From Octopus vulgaris (Eukaryota), in NCBI GenBank assembly GCA_951406725.2, contig OX597817.1:149296001-149360000 (forward strand): a stretch of DNA of 64,000 nucleotides, written 5' to 3'. Positions 14,084-27,649 of this stretch are shown here, in pieces (positions within the stretch are counted from its first letter, which is position 1; every line of letters begins with the position of its first letter). The position numbers and the translations under genes were made by a program. Under the pieces are notes generated by a model that saw only the letters and a list, made by a program, of their open reading frames with translations, searched no databases and was not told where the DNA came from.

Positions 14084-14269
14084 ACACAGATGGTCTTCTA
14101 TATACAGTCGTTAGATACATACGCATATCCACAGCCCTATCGCAGAGACCACATACATTGTCGGGATATAGATGGCGCTACATGCAATCAGCATGATGCA
14201 ATGTCTGATGATGAAGCTTTTCACGTTAGCTACTTCTAGCTTGGGGTGGGGTTCATTGGCAAACAAACT

Positions 14270-15322
14270 AGACGAAGGGGACGAAGTAGGGGATTGAGAT
14301 AAATGGAGGTGGAGCAGAGTGAGGTAGGGAGGGAGAGAAAGGGGAGGAAAGTGCCAGTGAGGGATACAGAAAAGGGGAGGGAGACGTCAGGGGTAAGAGA
14401 AAGAGAGGAAGGGAAAATGTGTTAAAGAACGGGAGATGGGGTGAGAGAATGTGTTAAAGGCAGAGGGAGAAGGGGGAGATGTCAGGAAGGGAGAGTAGGG
14501 GTGGGAATGTGTTTCAGAGAGAGAAGAAGAGAGAGAGGAAGAAGGTGTAAGGGTGAGAGAGGGAATGTATGAGGGAGCGTGAGAGAGAAAAGGAGGGAGA
14601 ATTATCAGAGAGGGAGAGAAAGAGAGATGTCAGGGATACAGAGGGAGGAAGGGAGAATATTCAGAGACAGAGAGGGGGAGAGAGAGAATATATCGGACGG
14701 AGCGAAAGGGAGAATATGTCAAGGAGAGACGGAATACATTCGAGAATGATTATTTGAGATTGAGAGCAAGAAAGAAAATGCTTGAGAGAGATACAGAAAG
14801 AAAGAGAAAGAGAATGTCTAAGACAATGACAGAAGGGGAGGGGGAGAATGCTTGAGAGAAAGAAAATGCTCAGAGAGAGAGAGAGTATGCGTAGGAGAGA
14901 TGAAGAATTCTTGAGAGATAGAAAGAGAACGAAATACTGTTTTTGACGCAGAGAGAGAACGATTAAGAGACAGGAGGATTGGAAGAGGTGAGAGAAATAG
15001 GGTGCATGAGACTGGGTGAGACAGAGAAAGAAAGAGTGAGTGTTGGGAGAAAGAGTATAGTATGAGTAAGAGAGAAGACAGAAGTGAGAACAATTATTGA
15101 TTGAGAAACCGAAAGTGAAAGTAGGAATGTAAGGCGGAGGGAGAAAGAAAGGAAGAGAAACAGGTTGAAGGAGTAAGATGTAGCGAGTGAGTAAGATGTA
15201 GAGAGTGAGAAGACATACATAAAAGCGAGAGGGTGGGTGGGAGGGAGTGAGAGAGTTAGAGGAAGGAAAGACGGGGTGAAAGTAAGAGGGAGAGAGAGGG
15301 GGAGAAAGGGGTGGAGAGAGAA
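14270..15322 (+). repeat. ~1-kb polypurine (GA-rich) low-complexity tract
   Basis: Strong purine strand bias; similar tract at 62365-62810. Confidence 0.9.
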
Positions 15323-15853
15323 GTAACTATTATATAAAGAAACTAGACTACTTCCGTTCTGAGACTGGTGCGCCGTCCGGTTTGTAACAAGTTATAAACC
15401 TATGAGATCTACATATAACCCTTATCACACAGTTTGCCAATCAGATCGGTCGATACCTACCCGGGGCTTCAGACACTGATAAAGCAGTCGCTCTCCTCAT
15501 TAGCTACATAATATCTTTCGAACATCTATTTCTTGTTTGTTAGCTATATAGATTTTCGGGGGAGGGATGGGGGTTCGTTTTGGATTTCTTTATTTTTGGG
15601 GGACTTTTTATTGTTCTTCTTTTACTACTGATGTTTATCAATGTTATTGGTAGTGTTGTTATTGTTGTTTAATGTTTTTGGTGGTGGTGGTGGCAGACGC
15701 GGAGGTGGCGGGGTTGCGGTAGCGACAATGCTATGCCTGTGCTTCAGTGGTGTATGATGCATTTGCGTCTGTGTGTGTAGTTGTACTGACAATTATTGTG
15801 ATTGTGCGTTTGTGAATATGCGTATGTACGCACATACGTATACATACACGCGC

Positions 15854-15887
<34 letters not shown>

Positions 15888-16090
15888 CCATATAAATAGA
15901 CGATAATGTGTATACCTTTATATAGGTCTTTATATTTGTATTTATGTATGCAAACATATATATATATATGTGTGTGTGTGTAAATGTATATATTGTTAGT
16001 GGAGATAATGATTATATCATTGATAATGAGGTTTAATGTCTTTTGGGTGGGTTTCGTTTCCAGCATTTTTTGTATTGTTTATACACACGC

Positions 16091-16155
<65 letters not shown>

Positions 16156-16176
16156 TATATGTTGTATGTGTATATG

Positions 16177-16209
<33 letters not shown>

Positions 16210-16465
16210 ATATATATGTATATGTATATATATGTATATATATATGTATATATGTATATATATATATATATACATATAATTAAGGGCTAAAGAGGGTTAT
16301 TCTAAAGCCAAATACACTGGTTTATCCACTTATAATATATCCACTATATATATATACATATATATATGTATATACATATATATATATGCATATATATATA
16401 TACATATATATTATATATGTATATATATATATATATGTATATATATGTATATGTATATATATATG

Positions 16466-16562
<97 letters not shown>

Positions 16563-16864
16563 ATATATATATATATATATTGTGTGTGTATATATACACA
16601 CACACACACACATACACTCACACGCAGTAGCGAAACACATGTACTAAAGCACAAACACTGTTAGATACATGCGCACACACGGAGCAACGCAACGCCACAC
16701 ACGCACGCACATGCATGCACGAAAGTGCCCCCACAACCTAATGCACACGCCCATCCATTTACCGACACATCCATCCATGCATGTACGCAGGGAAGAATAG
16801 TCAGTGAAACCCATTAGCACAAGTTTTCCTCTGTGAATCTGTGTGTATATGCTTGCCTCTGCGA

Positions 16865-16904
<40 letters not shown>

Positions 16905-17061
16905 ATCGTGTGAACACATAAATACAGACGTATAATCGGTGTATTGCTGCGATCGCATTGATAGTTGTCTTATACCCACCCACATGGTCACCGCAACTAT
17001 ACCAACACATGAAAATGTACGCGAATATCCTCACTTTAACACACCGACATATATGTGTGTG

Positions 17062-17162
<101 letters not shown>

Positions 17163-17233
17163 TGATAGATAGATAGATAGATATACTGACAGATAGATAG
17201 AGAGAGAGGGGGAGAGAGAGAGAGAAAGGTAGG

Positions 17234-17291
<58 letters not shown>

Positions 17292-17298
17292 TACTGAC

Positions 17299-17367
<69 letters not shown>

Positions 17368-17652
17368 TGTTTCTTTATTAGCCACACAGGGCTGCACACA
17401 GATAGAACAAATTACAAGGTAGAGCTTAGACAGACAGATAGACAGACAGTTAGACAAATGGATAGATAGAGAGAAAGAGAGAGATGCATGTGTGTATGCA
17501 CGTGTGTGTGTGCGTGTGTATATTTGTGTTCATGTATATGTATATATGTCTGTGTGCGTATATATTTAGGTATCAATCTTTGCTCAAATAAGGTACACTC
17601 TACATTCATACATACATACATACATACATACATACATACATACATACATACA

Positions 17653-17683
<31 letters not shown>

Positions 17684-18239
17684 GTGAGTGTGAGTGTGTA
17701 TGTGTTTGTATTTGTATAAATGTACGTTTGTATGGAATGCTCATCACAAGCGCATAAACCTCTCAGGGTACTTCTTAATTCGTGAAGTCATCGGCCTACG
17801 CAGTAATTATTTATTATTGAGCTTGCTTTGAAATAATTAAAATAGTAATTAATACACACGTATCGATTCAGCTCCCAACATATATGCATCCATCCAACCG
17901 AATAATGACTCCGCTAAGAAAAAATAGTGCACAACAATAACTTTCAACCACCGCAAGGTAACCACAAATGAGAATTTGAAACCAAAATCTTCATCAAAAC
18001 TAATTCCATCATCCAAAACAAATAAATTCATGCTATAGTTCTTATTTAAGGACTTTGTAATGGGCTTCCCGAATATTAAGCATGATGAGACGTTGAGAAT
18101 ATTCTGCGTATTGTTCAGATGATGAAGCGAATGTGAGCGACTGTAGGGTAAGGCTCCTGAGGTTATTTGGTGTTTGGTCTTCGTACCCTAAGTTAGCAGT
18201 TAATGACCAAAGATGACCAATCTATGTCTTACACATAAC

Positions 18240-18512
18240 GGGTAAGGTTAAAGACCCCCTTCGGTCATGAATGACCATGGAATTGCACCTAGAAAGTCTC
18301 CTTCCGAGTTACAAATCCAGGCCAGCCTCTCCTGTCCACATCACTGATGTTATCCAAGGGAAAGGCCGATACAGCTTGGCACTGAGTGAATTGGAGCAAC
18401 ATGAAATAAAGTGTCTTGCTCAAGAACACTACACACAGCCTGGCGCGGAAGTCGAACTCACTACCTCATGATTGTGAGCCCGACGCTCTAATCACTGAGC
18501 CATGTGCCTTCA
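18240..18512 (-). mobile_element. tRNA-derived SINE, family C (V-domain-like)
   Basis: Reverse strand reads gaaggcacatggctcagtgattagagcgtcgg..tgagttcgac..gtgttcttgagcaagacactttatttca..gctcca. Other copies: 19503-19740(+), 27105-27225(+), 27290-27405(-), 29190-29360(-). Confidence 0.8.
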
Positions 18513-18842
18513 ACTTAGATATACAAGAATATATTATCCATCATGTCCGCCATTTATTTAAGGTGAGAACGTGTAATTTTAGGGAAGTTTGGCTGCAATT
18601 TTTAGCAGATCGACCAGACTCTAGCGATATTCTCATTGGCTTTATTCTTATAGTTTTTCCAACATATTCTTTATTTAATCGCCACTTTCTTTCAGAAAAC
18701 GCTTAGAAATTGTAACAAAGGCACTTTTATGCTATCATTCGGAAATGAATCATTGCTGGGCTATTACTGCATGGTTGATATTTAAAGAAGTTCACTTCGC
18801 AATAACGAGGTCCTAGGTTTTATACGACTGCGTAGAATTAGG

Positions 18843-19295
18843 GCGAACGAGCTGGCAGAAACCTTAGCACGCCGGGCGAAATGCGTAGCCATATTTCATC
18901 TGCCGTTACGTTCTGAGATCAAATTCCGTCGAGGTCGACTTTGCCTTTCATCTTCTCGGGGTCGATTAAATAAGTACCGGTTACGCATTGGAGTCGATGT
19001 AATCGACTTAATCCCTTTGTCTGTCCTTGTTTTTCCCCTCTATGTTTAGTCCCTTTTGAGCGGTAAAGAAATAAGAAACGTTAGCACGCTGGGCGAAATG
19101 CTTTGCGGTATTTCGTCTGCCGCTACGTTCTGAGTTCAATTTACACCTAGGTCGACTTTGCCTTTCATCCTTTCGGGATCGATAAATTAAGTACCAGTTA
19201 CGCACTGGGGTCGATATAATCGACTGAATCCCTTTATCTGTCCTTTTTTGTCCGCTCTATGTTTAGCCCCTTGTGGGCAATAAAGAAATAAGAAT
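18843..19295 (+). mobile_element. SINE family A tandem dimer
   Basis: Two head-to-tail copies; the second restarts at agaaacgttagcacg. Confidence 0.9.
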
Positions 19296-19939
19296 TTGGG
19301 CCGTATGTTTTTTACTATATCCTTTGGGCTCAGTGTTCAGCCTTGTAAGTAAAACCGAGTAGATTACATCTGTACGGAAACCCGTCCGATGTACGGAAAC
19401 CCCAAATCTGTACGGAAACCCGAAATTCAGTAACAGAGCCTTGCCACATACTTTTCTCACTGTTTCTACCAGAGAAATACGTTAATGGTGCACATGTCTT
19501 TATGAAGGCGTGTGGCGAAGTGGTTAGAGTGTTGCACTCACGATCGCAAGATTGTGATTTCGATTCGCGGACTAGGTGATGCGTTGTATTCTTGAGCAAA
19601 ACATATCATTTCACGTTACTCCAGCCCATCAAATTGTACATGAGTAACGGACTGACATCCTGTTCAGTGGGTATATTGTGATTTCGACCACTTAGACAAC
19701 ACGAAAAGCGGGTAACCGGGTATGTGAGTCTTTGGACTGAGACAGTAATGCCCAAGAGAAGGGTCCTTACTTACGCATGCATGTCTGTGGAATACTCAGT
19801 CATTTACATACCAATTCCATAAAGGAGTAGTTCAGTTAATCGAACAACTGCATCATCATTGTCGAAACCGACGGTGACCCATAAACATTTTATTAGATAT
19901 CATTTTTTTACCACAGCGGGTCAAAAAAAGAACATTGTG

Positions 19940-20240
19940 TGACACCTTGAGCAAGTGCTTTCTACTATAGCCTCGGGGAAACCAAAGGTTGTGACTGCAC
20001 CTGGTAGACGGAAACTGAAAGAAGCCCGTCGTGTGTGCGTGTCCGTCTGTTTGTCACCACCATTGCTTCACAACTGGTGCTGGTGTGTTAACATCCCCGT
20101 AAAAAAAGGGGTCCGATAGAATAAGTGACCAGCTTTATAAAAATAAGTTCAAGGGTTGATTCATTCGATTAGAAATTCTTCAAGTCGGTGCCCCAGCATG
20201 GCCGTAGTCTAATGATTAAAACAAGCAAAAAAGAAAAAAT
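19940..20240 (+). mobile_element. SINE family B, 5'-truncated
   Basis: caccttgagcaagtgc..ggtagacggaaactgaaagaagcccgtcg..cggtgccccagcatggcc. Confidence 0.8.
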
Positions 20241-20688
20241 ATTTGAATCTCTTCATCCTCGGGATTTGCTAACGGATTATCTTTAAGAATGACAAAGATC
20301 ATCAAAAGGCATAACCAGTTGGATATACTCTTGGGTTCCATGTAAGTGGGCAATAGACGGGATAGTCACGGCTGGACTAACTTCAAACATAGATTTGTTC
20401 GAAAGGCTAGAGATAGCAGCCAGCTTAAAAGAAAAAAAAAACACAAAACGGGACATATTGATAAATGCAGTTCTAGATATAGAACATGACAGATTGGTCA
20501 TGGATGGAGTAGCTTTAATCATTGGTCCGCTCAACCATGGATGTTATGAACAAAACAACAATAGCAACAACAACAACAACAACAACATATGGCCAATTAC
20601 GTGAACCTGTTCGTTGCATTGTTCCAATCGCGTGATAATTCTGTCTAAACTCTCATCTGTTGATAAAATACATGGAAATTTACCTTGT

Positions 20689-20689
<1 letters not shown>

Positions 20690-20731
<42 letters not shown>

Positions 20732-22290
20732 CACCACCATTACTACTACTACTACTACTACTACTACAGCTACTACTATTACTACCACTACTGTGGCTAT
20801 TACTACTGCTGCTACTGCTGCTGCTGCTGCTGCCGCTGTCAGCTTTTCATTAGCGCTAAGGTTTTCTCTTTGTTCTGGACTATTCTTCTTTTCCCGCCTT
20901 ATTCTTTCCTCCCTCTCTCCCTCCCTCCCTCCCTCCCTCCCTTTCTCTCACTTACTGTCCTTTCTGGGGTTTTTTTAATTTTTTGATTTTCTTTTTTTTT
21001 TGTTCCCTAACATCACTAACATTTGTTCCGATGATGATCGCGTCTATCATCACCACCGTTATCATCATCATCAACACCGTTATCATCATCATCATCATCA
21101 TTATGATCATCATCATCACCATCATTACCATCATCATCATCTCCATTATCATCATCGTCATTATCATCATCATTATAACAACCAACGCATTCAACATGAT
21201 CATCGTCATCATCAATTCCATCATCATCATCATCATCATCAACATCATCGTCATCATCATTATCATCATCGTCTTCATCATCACCATCATCATCGTCATC
21301 TCCATTATCATCATCGTCCTTATCATCATCATTATAACCACCAACACATTCAACATGATCATCGTCATCATCATCATGATCATCATCATCATCATCTTCA
21401 ATATCATCGTCGTCGTCGCCGTCATCGTTAGCAGCATCATTGTCCTCATCTTTGGAGCTACATTATCCACACGGAAGGTCCGTCATCACACTCATTGTCG
21501 TCATCAAATTCATCATCAGTTATCGTCTTCATCATCATCATAATATTCATCGTAATTATCAGCAGTATCATGATCAGCAGCATCACCAGTTACATCATAA
21601 TAGCGATCATCATCATTATCATTATCATCATCATCATCATCCGTCATCTCTTTATACATTCATTCTCACGTTTCGCTCCTCCCCCGTGTGTATACAAACA
21701 TACACATACTATCTCGCACATACATATATATACACACACACACACTCACCATCTCTCACATGCACACGCACACACACTCACACACATGCACAAACATACC
21801 ATCTCGTACTTACATATGCACACATACACGCCATTTCTCACACACACACACACATACACACACAATCTTGTGTACATATACACTCACGGACATACACGCA
21901 CATCATTTCACACATACATACACACACACCAATTCGGGCATACACACATACACACACATCATCTCATGTACATATACACTCACGGACATACACGCACATC
22001 ATTTCACACATACATACACACACACCATCTCGGGCATACACACATACACACACATCATCTCATGTACATATACACTCACAGACATACATGCACATCATCT
22101 CACACATACATATATACATAAACATACACACACCATCTCCTACATATATATACACACACACGCAATCATGCACAAACTATCACACACACACACACACACA
22201 CATGTACACTGTCTCGTGTACAAATACACTCACAGACATACACGCACATCGTATCACACATACACATACACATACAGACAAACACATCAT

Positions 22291-22325
<35 letters not shown>

Positions 22326-22330
22326 TACAG
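20690..22330. repeat. (CTA)/(CAT) mosaics and a CA-rich tract containing a 96-bp minisatellite (units start 21871, 21967, 22063)
   Basis: Unit tgtacatatacactcacggacatacacgcacatcat... recurs at 96-bp spacing. Confidence 0.9.
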
Positions 22331-22913
22331 AGTGCACACAAACGCATCTCAAACATCACATCTTCTAGAAACTTCAACACGTTTCGTTATTTTCATATTC
22401 TTTATTTATTTTCCTGCTTGTTTCTATTTTTAACTTCTGTACTTCTTCCCTCCCACCCCAACCTCGAAATACCTCTCCCCACCACGACCACCACCCCCAA
22501 ATAAATTTTATGTTATTCATATATTTGTTATAATACTTGTTTGTTTTTTTTTCTTTCCTGATAGTGTTGTATTTTCTAATTTTTTTTTTACTCACTATTT
22601 CTTTGATAAGAGATTGGTGGTAGGGTGGGCAGGCGGGCTGTTTTTCCTTCGTCAATTCTCGCCAACAATTCCAGTGACTAAACTGTGTACAAGGAAAGAA
22701 AAGAAAAAACAACAAAAAGAAAACAAACACCCGATTTTCAACAAATTGATTTTTAGCAAATAGGGTTTGGTTGTGTTACGATAGAGTTTATAGAGAAGTT
22801 TTAGGGTGTGGGTTGCGTTGTGTCAGGGAAGCCTGGATAGTCAATGTGAGGATGTTGTTGCTAGGCGACTTGCCAGCTGCTGACAACGACCAGGCACGTT
22901 ATTGTTGTTGTTG

Positions 22914-23022
<109 letters not shown>

Positions 23023-23413
23023 ATCCACTTGTTGCTGTGTACATAAATGAGACAATAGACTACGCTGCAGGCAGAAGGTGTGTGTGCGTGTTTATATACA
23101 TAGTTACATACACATATACACACAACCAGAGAATACGCACACACACACATACACACACACACACACACAGAGGCACACGCGCGCACACACACACACACAT
23201 ACATACATACCGAAAGGGGCGGTGTAAAAGAGACGGAAAGTCAGAGAGGACGAGTGGTTGGTGATGTTAGCATTTGTCTGTCTGTCTGTCTGTGTACATG
23301 TGAGGGAAGGATTTCGTTACCGGTTGTGTTTAGCTGTGTATGTATATGAGTGTCAGCGTACATATGCATATACATATATACGTGCATGTTATATGTGTGT
23401 GTATATATGTATG

Positions 23414-23471
<58 letters not shown>

Positions 23472-23502
23472 GTGGACAAACATTTGTGGACGGATCTCCT
23501 AC

Positions 23503-23575
<73 letters not shown>

Positions 23576-23749
23576 GCATATATATACATATACACAGACG
23601 CAGATTTTGACATATAAATATACATACACACATATACATACAACTACACTTATACACAGATACATATATATACATATAAGTATATACACAAACATATATA
23701 CATATATATATGTATGTATATGTATATATCTATATATATATATACATAT

Positions 23750-23803
<54 letters not shown>

Positions 23804-23895
23804 GTATACATACATACATACATATATGTTCATACATATACATACATAAATATATATATATATTTGTATATATATATATATATAGATAGATAGAT

Positions 23896-23960
<65 letters not shown>

Positions 23961-24569
23961 GTATATATATGTATATATATGTATATATACACAAATATAC
24001 AAACATGAATATATATACCAACATATATATATATATATATATACATATACGTATAATATATTCATATATGTAGGTATATACATGCATATATATATGTACA
24101 TATATACACACATATATATGTATGTATATATATATGTGTGTATGTGTGTGTGTGTGTGTGTGTGTATGTGTGTGTATACATACATACATATGTGTGTGTG
24201 ACTACATATGTATGTCTCTATATACATGTATGTGTATGTGTGTGCGCTTGTGGGGTGGTGTCGAATGGAATTATATCGTATGTTTGTTGTGCTATGTCTG
24301 TAGCTGAGCGTATGAGAAATTTCATGAACAACAACGAATGTTGGTTGTTTGGTGAGATGATGAGAATTAGCTGCTGCGTCGGTCGGTTGCTGGGTGGTGC
24401 CAACCCGGTATTCATAATAGGATGCAGAGAGGTGAGAGGTGGAAGTTAACTAATGATGAGGTTACCTAGGTACACGGCATGGATGTAAGAGAGATGTAAG
24501 AGTGGGATATGGAGCTAGCGGTAAGGAACAGAATTCAGTGTTAGATTTGCATGTGTATGCAGATGCCTG

Positions 24570-24618
<49 letters not shown>

Positions 24619-24872
24619 GAGAATTTGTGTATGTGTGTGTTTGTGTGTGTGTCTATATAAAAGAAATTCGCTTAGGAGCCATTTGTCGGTTGGGCACTGT
24701 GTTAGAAGACACTCCTCCCAAGAGCATCGCATCGAAACTGAACTTCAAGCCATGTGCTCGCAAAAGGAACTTCTGAACCCCATATTCATAGCTGCGCTTA
24801 TACCTATTTATATCTATAGACAGACAGACAGATAGATACATCACATACATACATACTGATGTAAGCATCTAC

Positions 24873-24949
<77 letters not shown>

Positions 24950-25002
24950 CATATATATGTGTGTGTGTGTGTGTGTTTCTGTGTATGTATTATATATATA
25001 TT

Positions 25003-25493
25003 CAGTAATCCGTCCACTATCGCAGGTTTTACGTTCCAAAAAGATCCGCGATAAGTGAATATCCGCGAAGTAGAAACAGTACTATACTCTATATTTGTTT
25101 TTATATTTTTATAAGTTGTATATATTTATTTTATTATTTTTATATATTTAAGCTTTTGTAATCTCTCTCCCAGACTTTTAGGAGTTTTGCTTTCCATACA
25201 GTATGTGTGATTCTTTGTTTCCTCATCTACGGTACACTACGGATTTTCTTTTCATATATATTGATTAATATGTTATACAGTGCAGCACTGAACTGTATTT
25301 TTATTTAATTTATTAATTCATTAATTTTGCTACAGAAATATTTAAAATCTAAAAAAAAATATAAATACCTATCGGCCGCAGAAACCAGCGATATACTGAG
25401 GCATTTGCGATATAAATTTGCATATATTAGCCAGAAATACCCGCGATGTACTGAGTGCGCGACAGGTGAACAGTGATATTTCGAGTGATATAC
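25003..25493. mobile_element. Tigger/pogo-like MITE (same family as 43560-43782 and 28128-28265)
   Basis: Starts cagtaatcc..tatcgc; ccgcgaagtagaaacagtact is the reverse complement of the segment near 43700-43725. Confidence 0.7.
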
Positions 25494-25708
25494 ATGTATA
25501 TACGGAGGCGGGGGGCGCAAATATATACATATAAGTACGCGTGTATAAATATATACACATAGATATAACCATATATACATGTATGTATATAAGCATACAT
25601 ATATGTATATTATGTAGGTACACATATACACAGAAACACACATAATTTGACTATACATATATACACACACATGCAGTTACAATCAAGTAAATATATGTAT
25701 ATTTACAC

Positions 25709-25755
<47 letters not shown>

Positions 25756-25756
<1 letters not shown>

Positions 25757-26461
25757 TAGCTGACTTACCCAGTAATTTCCAGAAAAGCGGGGCTTATACT
25801 TTGGTTTCGTTCACATTATTGTTTTGCTAATCCAATAACAACAATACAAAGTATGTGGCCCTTAAAACGGTTTTTGTGCATTTACAGAGAATACCGAACT
25901 GTTTTATACAGGATCTTGATTTTAAGAATTCCCAGTAAGTTATGAATACCCAAATTGTGAAGTCAGTTATGTAATAACCAAATGTGGAATTGCCTTGGCC
26001 TGCCTTAGGTTGCACTCGGGTATCCAGGTCAAGTAATATCTCATTGTAAATGGCGTTATTGAACGTGAATAAATCACTAACCAAAATAAGTGGATCTATT
26101 GTTTCGGAAAATATTGTTCACTTATTTAAGGGCTGTATTGGATAAATTGAGAAAATGACTCTAACAGTTCAAATATTAAGAAATAAGCATACCTAATTTG
26201 ATTTATACCAAATAATATAGAAAAATGAATGGGCTATTTCCCTTGGCTGTTAAAATAAAATATATTAATTATATAAAAGGATCCCTTCCAGGGGCCCTAT
26301 TATCGATATTTTTCAACAATCTGAGTATGCCACGAAGTTTCTAGACATGAGTTCTACTCACGTGTAAAATTTTATCAAAATCAATAAAACGATGTAGGAG
26401 TTAGCTAACAACTCCGCAAACAAACACACCCACAGGCAGAATTTCCCACATATGTAGTAGA
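25756..26461 (-). mobile_element. Non-autonomous Helitron, both ends present
   Basis: Minus strand begins A|TCTACTACATAT and ends CTAG|T; no target-site duplication; typical 5' gtttgtttg..gattttgataaaattt segment. Confidence 0.7.
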
Positions 26462-26695
26462 TTTACTTGCTTGTATGTGCACGTGTGTGTATATATGTAT
26501 AGACATAATGTCTGTGTATCTGTGTATATGTGTATCTACATAATATACATATGTGTATGCTTATATACATGCAGTTTATATATTTATATCTGTGTATATA
26601 TACACGCATATTTCTATGCATATATAGAGGGACGAACACTCACATACATATATATATTATACATATACATATGTATATAAATCTATATATTTATA

Positions 26696-26777
26696 CGAGG
26701 GGTGCGTGAAGTCTTGAGCCTTGAAGTTTTGTATCTTATTTGGGTTTTTTGAGGCTCAAGACTTATCATACACCCTC

Positions 26778-26778
<1 letters not shown>
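26696..26778. mobile_element. Very small mariner-type MITE
   Basis: TA|cgaggggtgcgtgaagtcttgagcct ... aggctcaagacttatcatacaccctca|TA; ~26-bp terminal inverted repeats. Confidence 0.75.
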
Positions 26779-26848
<70 letters not shown>

Positions 26849-27649
26849 TGTGTGTAAGCCATAAATGACAAAGAACTGTTTCGGTGAAATATTATTTAAC
26901 ACCAAGGAAATTGAAAAATCACGACAAATTGTTTCGTAACTTACAATATATATTATCATACAATATATATTATCATATTTAATAATAAATATATTACTTA
27001 TATGTCAGTATTAATGCAAAATGCAAAAAAAAAAATCTTTGAAAATAAATTCTGCTTTACCTTTCATCTCTTTCTGGGATGAAAGGTAAAGCAGAATTTA
27101 TGCTACGCCCTCAGGGAGTGTGTTTCGATTATCAGATTGGGTACGCGTTGCGTTCTTGAGCAAAACACTCCAGTCCACGTTGCTCCAGTTCAGTCAGCAG
27201 TAACTGGCGTTCCGTTCAGAGAAAATGCTGACCTTCTCGCCTAGTCAGCTGGTTAGCATCATTAGAAATATACAACAAATGAACAGAAACAACAGGAAAT
27301 AAAGTATCTTGCCCATGAACACAACACATAGCCCGGTCTGAGAATCGGACTCTCACCCTCGTGATTGTGAGCCCGACGCTCTAACCACTAAGCCATACGC
27401 CTTCACCTGCAATTAATCTGTGGGTGAGAGGGAAACAAACTACCGTAGTCGCCATAATCGTTGAAGTACTGTATAGAATAACTTGCAGTATTCTTTCATA
27501 TTTCCTACGTTATGTATACGAATCTTCTCCATCAATTTTTTTATTATTATTTTCAAGGAATTACTTTTTTTTATATAATACGGCTCTAATTTACATAATT
27601 AGTCTAAATGAATAATTATTCTAATTAGTAACGTTTTCGAATGTCAATT

